DNA of 64,000 nucleotides from Tubulanus polymorphus (lineage: Eukaryota > Animalia > Nemertea). Within the stretch, counting starts at the first letter, position 1; every line of letters starts with the position of its first letter. A program made the position numbers and the translations under genes. A model generated the notes under the pieces. It was not told the DNA's origin and ran no database searches. It saw only the letters and a list, made by a program, of their open reading frames with translations. The stretch spans positions 27,366,560-27,430,559 of the forward strand of contig NC_134027.1 of assembly GCF_964204645.1 (NCBI RefSeq), written 5' to 3'. Shown piece by piece: positions 35,300 to 46,263 of the stretch.

Positions 35300-35600
35300 T
35301 GAATATAAACGCTACAGACCTGTTTAATATGTTTTCTGGTGTTATTAAAGAGTTTAATTGTGTATCTTTAAGACGTTTTCCAATCGTGAAAATCAATTCA
35401 ATTCAATTTATAAAGCGCCATCTATATACAAATATAATACAAATCAACTTTATTATCAAAATTTGCATCTGAATTGAAATTGAAACAATCAACAGTAATT
35501 AATACTGTTTATTTCAATGTGTTGTTGTTGTGTATGGGCGGAGGAGAAGCGAACAAACCGCTGGGTGAAATATAAACAAATCAAACAGTAGGTTTTATCT
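35300..35600. promoter_or_regulatory. Probable shared head-to-head promoter region of DHX38 and the kinesin gene
   Basis: Both ATG exons are preceded by splice acceptors (ctcag| at ~34865 minus; tttcag|ATG at 36544 plus), so both non-coding first exons should lie in the 1.7 kb between them. Candidate minus-strand donor aacag|gtctgt at ~35320; GC box gggcgg at ~35536. Confidence 0.4.
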
Positions 35601-36543
35601 CGTCAATTGCTGTAATTAAACAAATTTAATTAGTCTCTCTAATCATGATAATTAATTAATCCAAAATCCCGCTGCAGTGGTCCTAAGTGATAGAACTTAA
35701 AAGGTCTCTCTAGGAATTAATTTTACAAAATCCAACTCTTAAACTAAGGACTGAGCTCGCAACTGTCAAAAGGCCTTCGCGCGAGGCTGCCATCCACTCG
35801 TTCGGGCCACAGGGCGAGTGTCAAACTGTATAGCGACTGACCCAAACATTGTCCCAAGTCTAATGATGATTAACTAGACCAAGTGCCTCCAGAGGGTCAG
35901 GGTGAAGGTAGCTTAGATCATATACACTTCACCCCCCTTCAAATACACTAGCCCTTGTTGTGGTATCAAAATCTTGTACCCCGGTCATTCTGTTAAAAAC
36001 ACAACTACTAATTGTTTATGACTCACTATTCTCATCATACATAATACATCAGGAGAATCTTTGAAATGTTTATCTATTGTAAATTCATTCTATTCAAATT
36101 CTGTAGTTTATTAATTCTGTTTTTTAAAAATCACATCTACTAAAAAGTTTATGACTCAAGAGTTTCCTTCGAACTTATATTGAAAACTTCTATTGATATT
36201 TACCGAAGAATCTTTGACACGTTTATTTATTATGTACTTTCTGCTAAATATCACTGAAGAAATGAAATATGAAATCCAATCTCAGTTAGTACCAGTACCA
36301 GTACTGCTACTGCTACTGCTACTGCTGTTTCTATAATTAGAACATACCTTATAATTAGCGAATTCAGATATATCATTGATTAATCAGTTTCATATCATAT
36401 CAATATCAGAATATCGCTGTATCTCTCAGCATCACTCTCATAAACATAGTGTCGATCACCATTCATCCACAAGTAAGTCTCCATGTGACGACTAACTTTA
36501 AATACGCAATACAATATTGTAAAATGTACATATGATATTTCAG

Positions 36544-36678
36544 ATGGGGGCCGGAGCGAGTGCTGAAGAACCATCAAATACACCGAGATTTATATCGGTT
36601 CAACCATCAACAACCTCTGCTGAGGCGGCTTCACCTTACACCGGTAGAAATACATATAGTCCTCCACCAGCAGTAAGA

Positions 36679-36719
<41 letters not shown>

Positions 36720-39700
36720 ACAGCAGCAGCAGCAACCTTCTCTTTCTTCTACTCAAAAATCAACCTCAGGTAACTAACTGTATTTAATTAGTTTGTACAT
36801 TTTATAGTAATATTCATTTTTATACCGCTCTCTATAACATGAAATATGTACACATCATCGCAGAACACTTCAATAAAGTGTTTAGAAAATAAGACACCAG
36901 CCGGGCCCAGTTTCACAAAGTGTTTAAGCCTAAAACGGTTAAGTTTGAATTGTTGTCCTCATTGAAAACATGAAGTAACCAATGGCGACTACGCCAAAAA
37001 TTTGAGTTAAACTTTTTTGTGAAACCGAGCCCTGGCTTGAATTCATCATCATTATCAGTGTAGCTGTGTAAATTGATAGGTAGATCGTTCCACTAAGTTG
37101 GAGCAGGTCGAAAATCACAATTTCATCTCTTATCTATCGTGCTTGAAATCAAATGAAATTTGATTTAAGTTCTATGATTCTATGCACATTGATACAGTGT
37201 GATATGATATATGTAGGTTTGATGGTGTTTTTATTGTAAGTTAAGTGAATATTAGTTATAGAATTCAGGCAACTGAAAAGTCCATAAAAGCGATAACAAA
37301 ATGAATGTCACTTTCTAATGAGTATAGATAGTAGGTAAAATACATTGAACTGAATAAATGTAAGACTACAGATTTATATACAATAAGGTCCAACCCTTAC
37401 CATTGATCAGTCTGCTGTACTTTCATTCATTTGATTCACATGCTGTATGGATTTTCAGTATTCAACCAACATTTCGTTCATTAATTCCGATACAAATTGT
37501 GATTGAAATATTGATCTTATTTTCAGTTGAATCCACTGCGAGTAAAAATCAATATTTAATGGCTCAAAATTCCCGTCAACAAGATGAACGTAATCTGGCG
37601 AAAACAGCACAAAATAAACATCGCAAACAACAGCAGACGTTTGTAAGTAGTGATCCGATTCTCCTGTTCAACAATTCTCAGTTGATTCTATAGAGTTTAG
37701 AACATTTCAAATAAACTTATTTTAAATGAAGTAGTTTCGAGTTTTCTGAGTTGTAATTAATGTTGATATTTTCAGCACGATGACGATGTTGTATTTGAAA
37801 CGTTTTATCACAAAAGTGAACAAGTTTATACGTGTTTATATAGAGGAGGAATGAGATACTTTTTGGATAGCTGGCATACGCAGGTAAGTGAAGAGCTGCC
37901 TCAAGTAGTAATGTGTTGCTTAATGATTTTAAATTACAAGTGTAACATATAGAATAGCTTCATCAGGTAAATGAGTAAAATGTGTGGAGAAACTACAGTA
38001 TTTATTGGGACACTAATACATATAATATGGGTAGAGTAATTACTAAGATCCTTCTTTACTCATTTACCCGAAGAAGCTGCTACTCTGCACTAGCAGTGAA
38101 ACCTTATAATTTCTAACGCAATCGGTTAAACTACAAAAGGCTTCCTGGTTTTAAGTTTATATGTACCGATAATTTTAACATTTAGTCTCAACTGAATTCA
38201 ATGATTTATATATTTGAAGGAATGGCAGGAGTTTCCTCTACAGTGGTACAATGAAGGTATACTAGTAACTGATACATTAGTTAGAGGTGACCAGGTAAAA
38301 TACTGTTCTTTTCACGCTCTAAGAATTAAGTGACAGAAAGGTTTCCTCGAGTTAGTTTATGTTTATTTCAATATTTTAACTAAATCATAGTAATAGAGAT
38401 AACAAATAGCAGTAAGCTATTAGCTCAAGGAATCATTTCTGACTCTTTATCGTTAGTTTGGGGATTTATATTATCGTCACAACTCGGACTCGGAATGTTT
38501 CATCAATCATTTTCATTTTTTCCACATTTTCTTCAAGTTTTATTCTGTATTTAATGTATTGTATGTATAGGTGTATGGAAGTTCATCTCCTACTGGAAAC
38601 AGTTCTTCTGCACCTGCAGGAGCTACAGACACAGCTGCTGCTCCTGCGGTTAGATCCTCTACTCAACGTGAACAAGTAGATGATAGAGAGGGAAGCGTCG
38701 AACATCCGAAACGAGGAAAACTACAAACTTACATATTTGAGGTAAAGACGGGCATAATCGATCGTGTGGATAAAACAATGTTTTTAAAACTGTTCGCTAT
38801 TTTTGATGTCAAATGATTTTTTAGGAAAAGAGGAACATCAATAGTTACTACGATGAGACCGCCGGACGATGGGTTAAATTACCGATAGATTGGGAACTAA
38901 ATTCAAGCGTTTGTAAACGATTAGTTGATGAAGTTCAGGTACAACGCAATCTGATACAATACTACACTGTGGTTTGGTGGTTAGTTGAAAATAATGTTTT
39001 CATATTTTGTAGTTAATTCTACCCGACTGGTTCGACAGACACGACATATTATCTGCGTTAAGAGCTTCTAATTATGATATTTATGACTGCGTTGATAATC
39101 ACTTGATTCAAACTGAAGCAGGTATTCAGAATAATGAATGCACCTGGGGCTGCAGTTGCTCAAAAGTTGTTTACAGATAACCAGTGGATAGTTGATATAG
39201 TGACAATTAGAATGTCATTGTTATTATGGTATTTATCCACTGGTTATCTTTAACTAACTGGGGCCAGTTTCTCAAAAGTTGGTTTCAGATAACCGGGTGA
39301 AAAATACCATAGTAACAATGAACTTTTAATTGTCACTATATCAATTATCCACCGTATAATTCTAACCAACTTATCAGCAACTGCAGCCCCTAATCTATGT
39401 TCAGTTGTTACGGTCGTTGGTTAAGTTTGACACTACTGTCAGAATCAGTACATTTCCAATGTTTTGATTCTAATGTCAAATATCACCTGATTTGCGCGGA
39501 ACAGGATCATGTTTTATAGTCCTTTTCTAATTAATAGGTGAATGGATTGCGCCTAGAAGTGGTAAAAGTGAAGATTCTAAATTATTAGCGAGTAAAGACA
39601 AACGCATTCTTGAACTTGAAAAGGAACTCAAAACAGCTGTCAGTGAATTCGAGATCGATTTTATACATTTCATTCATTTGAAAAATACTTGTTGTTAAAT

Positions 39701-40414
39701 TCTTGTTGAATTCCTGATTTTAGAAGAATAATTTGGAAGAAACGAAGAAGCAATTAGATACAGAAATTAAAGAGAAACAGGAATTCATTAAGAGGGTAAG
39801 AATATTTTTCCTGTTGAAGAATCGGTTATGATCGAACGATAACCACACTCAAACGTGGTGAACGGATAATAAGATAAAAACCCACTATCTACAGATTAAA
39901 AGAATTTAAAAACCAAGAATTCATTCATTCGAACAATCTAAATGAGATCGAAACGTTGTGTATTTTATATTCAAGATTGTTTGAATAAATAAATTCTTGG
40001 TTTTAAAATTCTTTTAATCTGTAGATAGTGGGTTTTTATCTTATAATCGGTTATGATATTCTACCAAATCAAGATAAGTTTGAATTTAGTCTGTAATTGA
40101 AGTCAATGTAATCTAACTGAGGACTGTCAAACTGCAGACCCCGGTTTTGACTTAAAGTAAACTCTGAGTTGAAATTCAGTTTAAATTTGGTTAAATTACC
40201 CCGATATCTCGAACTTCTGATTATTGAGCGTCTTCTATTTATAATTCAATGATAAACTGTGTGTCTATTTCTAGTCAGAAGAATATGAAGATAAATTGAC
40301 GTCTTTAGAAGCGGAGAATCGAAGCGCTCTCGTACAGTTAGAGGCAGCTCAACAAGCACGACCTAAAACTGCAGCTTCTAGACCTAAATCACCTGCTCCT
40401 GTTGTACGTGTTTC

Positions 40415-40449
<35 letters not shown>

Positions 40450-43400
40450 AATTGATTGATTGATTGATTGATTGATTTCTGATAGCTTGTTTTAATCATT
40501 CATTTAAGGTTGAAACAGTAATAGTTGAGAAGTGCAGTATTGAACCTGCAACATTGGCCGCGATACAAACGAACTCTAAACAACTGTATAAGATATATAA
40601 CACATTGAGATTGAGCGTTGAACAGATGAATACTGATTTAGGCCAGTATGTTTTACAGGTAACTAATTAGAATAGAACCCAAGGTTTATCCACCGTGGGG
40701 CACAGTTCAACAAGGCTTAGACTGGTCGTTAGATTGGCTATAGAACGGAAGTAGGTTTTGTAGCAAATTATACAACAACGAAATGGGTTAAAACTGGTCT
40801 TAAATCTAAGCCTCAGCCGTGCAGGTGACTCAGCATGTGTTACTGACTTGCAGCCTCAGTGTTCTTCAAACGAGAATATACCCGAGAATATACCCGGTAA
40901 TGTTGTTATTTTGTTATTTAGGCGAACAATGCATTGAAGAAGATGACCAGTATAGAATCGAGTCATCAATCAGAGGTTATAGAATTGAGGAATCTCTATA
41001 GGAAAGAAGCAACTCAAAGAAAACTTCTTTATAACAAGGTGAGTTATAGTAGAACAGCCCAGGCCACTGACTCGGATGGAGGGAATTAGATTAAACTTAG
41101 ACCTGGAGAATTGAATTAAAACCTACTATATACAAATCTAAAAGATTAAAAACAATATGTACTTATTCTCTCTCCTCTCCTATCCTTCCTCTCTCCTTCC
41201 TCTCTCTCCTCTTTCCTTCCTCTCTCCTTCCTCTCTCTCCTCTTTCCCTCCTCTCCTCTCTCCCCTCTCCTCTCTCTCTGTCTCCTCTCTCTCTCCTTCC
41301 TTCCTCTCTCCTCTCCTCTCTTTCTCTCTCCTCTTTCTCTCTCTCCCTTTCATGCCTTTCCTTCCACTCTCCCCTCTCTGATAAAAGATAATTTGTTTTG
41401 TTTTATAGCTGCAGGAATTGCGAGGGAATATTCGTGTCTTCTGTCGATGTCGTTTGGATAAACGAACAAATTGTTGTCTCAAATTTCCGGACGATCAGGA
41501 AATTGTAGCTTTTCCCGGTGGTTCGAAGAAAAGTTATAAATTTGATAAAGTGTATTCACCGCAGACAACACAGAGTCAGGTATACAGCAACATGCGTTTA
41601 TAAAGCGGGAATTTATAATTTCAATGTTTATAAATTGGGAATTCATAATAAACATTGAAATATTGATTTATGATAAAAATTCAACTTATCTACAACTCAT
41701 AGCTCCTGTAAGGAGTAGAAATTTGTTAGGTCCCATTCAGCTATGACTTATGCGAGTTTGTCTTGATCCGTAAGAACGCACAGATCAGTGATATTGAGAT
41801 TTACACAATGTATCCGTGTATATCGTAGGTATTTGAAGATACGTTGCCTATAATTACATCGTGTGTTGATGGATACAATGTGTGTATATTGGCTTACGGA
41901 CAGACGGGATCCGGTAAAACCCATACGATGATCGGACCAGAGAACGATCCCGGTGTAAATATCAGATCTATTAAACAGTTGTTGAATGTTTGTTCTGAAA
42001 GAGAGAAAATTCGTTTCAAAATACAGGTAAATATCAGCAGTATCATTATTGAATATCGATTAATTGAATTGAGTTGATAAATCTTTGATATTTGACTTTG
42101 TAAATTTCATTCGATGAAAATTGAGGAACAAATCAACAAAAAACTTCACCATCTACCAATAATTAGTGAATGTATTAATTGATTAATAGTAGTTAACTGC
42201 TAACATCAAGTGCATATGCATCCATGAGGAGAGGTGGTGGGGAAATTGGCTACTTCTTCCAGCAAAGTCCTTTACATACTTAATGGCCCCAGACATAAGG
42301 GTCCAGCTTGCTCAACAGTTTGTTAACGATGATTACTGGATAGAAATTGAGGAACAGTACATAATTGTCACTACAGTAACTATGCACTGATAAACTCTGA
42401 GCATTTGGATCCTGAACTAGGGTTCACAATTTGTGGTCAGACTGATTTCATATTTTCAGTGTTCAATGGTTGAAATCTACAATGAAATGGTACACGATTT
42501 ATTGAGTAATGACGTTAAACAGTTAGATATAAGAGTTAAAGGAAAGAATCTCGATATTCCGAATATGACTGAAATGATTGTACAATCAGTGGAAGATATA
42601 CAAACAATTATAGAATTGGGTGATCAAAATAGAGCCGTCGCTTCTACTAAAATGAACTCACAAAGGTCAGTGTTGTGAATATGAATTTATTTTCACTTCA
42701 AATAACAATTGTATACAAAACATAGATAGATAAGATTACATTAATGTTCATTGGATGTGAAGGACACGCCTAGAGCCATTAGGCTGTACAAGAGTTTTTA
42801 TCATGAAGATTTATTTCATTTATTTCACATAAAGCAAAATTTTCTGCACTGTGATTTAAGAAACATAGGGTTAATAAACAATAGTAACCCTAGGGTTGGC
42901 CTGATTGTTTTGGTCAGGTGACCAGCTCTAGACCAATCAACCCTAGGGTTAGTAAACAGTGATAACCCTAGGTTTGGCCTGATTGTTTTGGTCAGGTGAC
43001 CAGCTCTAGACCAATCAACCCTAGGGTTAGTAAACAGTGATAACCCTAGGTTTGGCCTGATTGTTTTGGTCAGGTGACCAGCTCTAGACCAATCAACCCT
43101 AGGGTTAGTAAACAGTGATAACCCTAGGTTTGGCCTGATTGTTTTGGTCAGGTGACCAGCTCTAGACCAATCAACCCTAGGGTTAGTAAACAATGATAAC
43201 CCTAGGTTTGGCCTGTTTGTTTTGGTCAGGTGACCAGCTCTAGACCAATCAACTCTAGGGTTAGTAAACAATGATAACCCTAGGTTTGGCCTGAGGTGAC
43301 CACCTAGGGTTAGCCCATTCTAACCCTAGGGTAAGATAGCAGTTGCCACCTCTAGGATGAGTCCATTCTAGGGTTATACAGTAGTAGTGACCACATAAGG

Positions 43401-44549
43401 TGAGTCCATTCTAACCCTAGGGTTAGATAGTAGTAGTGACCACCTAGGGCGAGTCCATTCTAACCCTAGGGTTAGATAGTAGTAGTGTCCACCTAGGGCG
43501 AGTCCATTCTAAATCTTAGGTGTGTTGCATGTTTGATTACATTATGATGTTGGTCTGTTGACCGATGTCAGTCAAAATGTATTTCAACTGGAGGAAAGCT
43601 GATATTATTGACACAATGATAAAAAAATGGATTTGACAAAACAATAAAAGCGTCTGCCTCCTTACATCAATATTATTGATATATTTCAGCTCAAGGTCAC
43701 ATCTAATAATGATGATTAAAGTTGAAGGTCATGATAAGATATCTAATGCAGTAACGACAGGAGTTCTGACGCTGTGTGATTTAGCCGGTTCTGAACGCGT
43801 GTCTAAGAGTGAAGCAGAAGGTCAGAGATTGGTGGAAGCGGCTGCTATCAATAAATCACTGTCGGCGCTCGGTCAAGTGTTTACCGCTCTGAGAACGAAT
43901 CAGTTACACGTACCTTACAGAAACTCTAAACTAACTCATATACTACAACCGTGTCTCGGTGGTGACGCTAAGGTAACTTGAAATTTAGAAAAACTGAAAA
44001 TTAGATCTAAATATGAACAAAAGTTGATTCTATATCACAGTTGAATCAGTTAATAATCACAAAATCCTTGACAAGACTCGATGAGTAAAAAATCCCATTA
44101 TGTATATACGAATCTAAAAAGTGAATTTAAAAATTAGAAATATTTCGGGTGGTTTCTACCAGCCTTCTTCAGTCTAAAAGATGTGATTTTAGACTGAAGA
44201 AGGCTAGTAGCAACCACCCGAAATATTTCTAATTTTTTAGATTAACTTTTTAGATTCGTTCACATATTGTGGGATTTTTTACCCATCTAATTAATCATTG
44301 TTCTCAGAATCTCGGACTAATTTAAGAATCAAACTTAACTCACAATTGTCAAACTGTAATGTAATCAATTGCTGCAGTGATTAAAGAATAATTAATGTGG
44401 TATATATTTTGTAGGCGTGTCTGTTTGTAGCTGTCAGTCCGGATGAGAATAATCTTCAAGAAACAACGAGTACGTTACAATTTGGATCGAACGCTCGTCA
44501 AGTTGCACTCGGACAGGCGAAACAAAACATTAAAAAACCAGCAAACTGA
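36544..44549 (+). CDS. Kinesin-14 family (C-terminal motor, KIFC3-like), 17 coding exons
   Basis: Neck [22 protein letters not shown]; P-loop [13 protein letters not shown]; VEIYNE; switch I MNSQSSRSH; switch [10 protein letters not shown]; INKSLSAL; [10 protein letters not shown]; stop TGA at 44547-44549. All exons join in frame through GT-AG sites from MGAGASAEE at 36544. Confidence 0.92.
37956..38105. mobile_element. Fold-back remnant with hammerhead-like cores
   Basis: agcttcatcaggtaaatgagtaaa / tttactcatttacccgaagaagct are inverted copies. The plus-strand core is C(C)GAAGA-ag-ctgcta...tagcag-t-GAAA. Confidence 0.5.
39833..40044. mobile_element. Palindromic insertion with a 13-bp target-site duplication
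   Basis: Arms of ~70 bp: ataagataaaaacccactatctacagattaaaagaatt / aattcttttaatctgtagatagtgggtttttatcttat. The direct repeat aatcggttatgat lies at 39820-39832 and 40045-40057. The loop contains gatcgaaacgttg. Confidence 0.8.
42866..43515. repeat. 78-bp then ~49-bp tandem repeats rich in the palindrome aaccctagggtt
   Basis: gataaccctagg recurs at 42961, 43039 and 43117; the later unit is gagtccattctaaccctagggttagatagtagtagtgaccacctagggc. Confidence 0.9.
44080..44287. ncRNA. 208-bp palindrome carrying two back-to-back minimal type I hammerhead ribozyme motifs, one per strand
   Basis: Plus: ttaga-CTGAAGA(44194-44200)-a-ggctagt...accaccc-GAAA(44220-44223)-ta-TT-tctaa. Minus: ttaga-CTGAAGA(44172-44166)-a-ggctggt-agaa-accaccc-GAAA-ta-TT-tctaa. 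Stem I is ttaga/tctaa, stem II pairs 6 of 7 bp on the minus copy, and stem III is a palindromic ATAT. Confidence 0.7.
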
Positions 44550-44655
44550 GAGAAAAACCAACCCGGGTCTGGGGTCCCAGCAACCTGAGTCCAGGCTCCA
44601 CCAACCTGGGTCCAGGGTCCTGTTGAAATAGTTCAATTCAATGAACAAATTTGTG

Positions 44656-44931
44656 AGTTAAACCTAAAGTGAAATGTGGAACATGACTCCACTGTACATT
44701 GAGTTAAACCGACAGTGAAATGTGGAACAGGACTCCACTGTACACTGAGTTAAACCGACAGTGAAATGTGGAACAGGACTCCACTGTACACTGAGTTAAA
44801 CCGACAGTGAAATGTGGAACAGGACTCCACTGTACACTGAGTTAAACCGACAGTGAAATGTGGAACACGACTCCACTGTACACTGAGTTAAACCTACAAT
44901 GAAATGTGGAACACGATTCCACTGTACATTG
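44656..44931 (+). repeat. 46-bp minisatellite, 6 copies, in the likely kinesin 3' UTR
   Basis: Unit gagttaaaccgacagtgaaatgtggaacaggactccactgtacact. Confidence 0.95.
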
Positions 44932-46263
44932 TGTGTCTTATATTTAGAAATCGATGATGGTATTACGACTGTACATTATATTTACAATATGTGTACATGT
45001 AATGTACTTATACACGTTTCTATCTAATTGTTTAGATATTTATTGTTATATTTTGCTGTAAATTCAGTACAGAGTATAAACATTTAACCAATGTTAGTAT
45101 AATTATGTATTTGATATAATATATATTTATCTGTGATAGAAAGACCTACATATATTTCACCAGGTTAAAGAAGAGTCTTTTGTAATACTAAATATACAAT
45201 GGATCAGAAATTCATGTTTCTGAAATACAGCTTGGAGAAACAGGGGACCAAATAACTGTTTAACCTTTTGCTTATGCTCAAAAAGTGTTGCCATATATGG
45301 GTTGGAAGGGGGGGATGTCCAGTATTTATTGGGGGAGAAGGGGGAATGTGGGATATCCTGCACAATGTTTTAGGTGTAAGGAGAGATATCCTACTTTATG
45401 TTTTGATATATGTATTCGATGTTATTTATATGTTTAGTGGTATATTTTACACAAATTCCAGCCATGACCTGTACTGATGAGCAGTTTATGATCAGGAGGC
45501 AGTTGTTACATGTTCTATGTTTCTATAGTTTACAATTAAATACATGTTTCATGTAATCGAAAATTGTTGTTACTTCGATTGTTGTTGATTCACAAATTTC
45601 ACACACCAAACTACAGGTCGTTCGGCGAGAGTGTCCAGTCAGTAACCTGACTGGACACTCTCACCGTTTAGTTTCATGATCGGATATTTTCACAAACCAC
45701 ATATATAAGCCTGTTGGTATAAGCCCACCACCAACCCAACGATTGGGTAACTAACTAGTCCAGGAGCAGCGATTTTGCCAATTTTACCCCTAAAGTCACA
45801 TCATCATCATCAATTGTGAAGGATCTATGGTAGGCTCCTTCGAGCCTGTGGTTATCCTCCTCGTTGTTTCTCATTTCGTTGATAGGTTTCCCGGTTTGAG
45901 GAAAGACAGAGACTCCGCCCTCTCTATTGGTTATTCAGTTAACGAGTTGAATTAGTAATTAAAATCAACACGATTGTTGTTAATCGTTAATTTTAGTATT
46001 TTTATACTCATGATTAGTAAAATGGTTTTTAACTCACTTTCTATGTTCCTGTTTGGAAGTGGATATTCTGTTAATTTCATCACCATCTTTTTTAAGTATG
46101 CAGCACTTTTTGCTGCTGCTGAGAATTGCCCTTTAGAAATCCACGGACAATACTAGCCCGGCGTTCGTCCCGCCGATCCAGATCTGAGTCCGAGCCGAAT
46201 CCGGATAATATGGTTTTGACTATGTCGTTTTGAGTTGGTAATTAGTAGTACTGTGCTGTCAAT

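Noticed and set aside
42825-43271. 148-aa repetitive ORF and similar ORFs at 15552, 17102-17813, 18420-18747, 20703, 25479 and 58809-59193
   Set aside because: Translations of tandem repeats.
45474-45500. CTGATGA as another hammerhead (also ~13253, ~25292, ~29322, ~61130)
   Set aside because: No stem II followed by GAAA; expected by chance.
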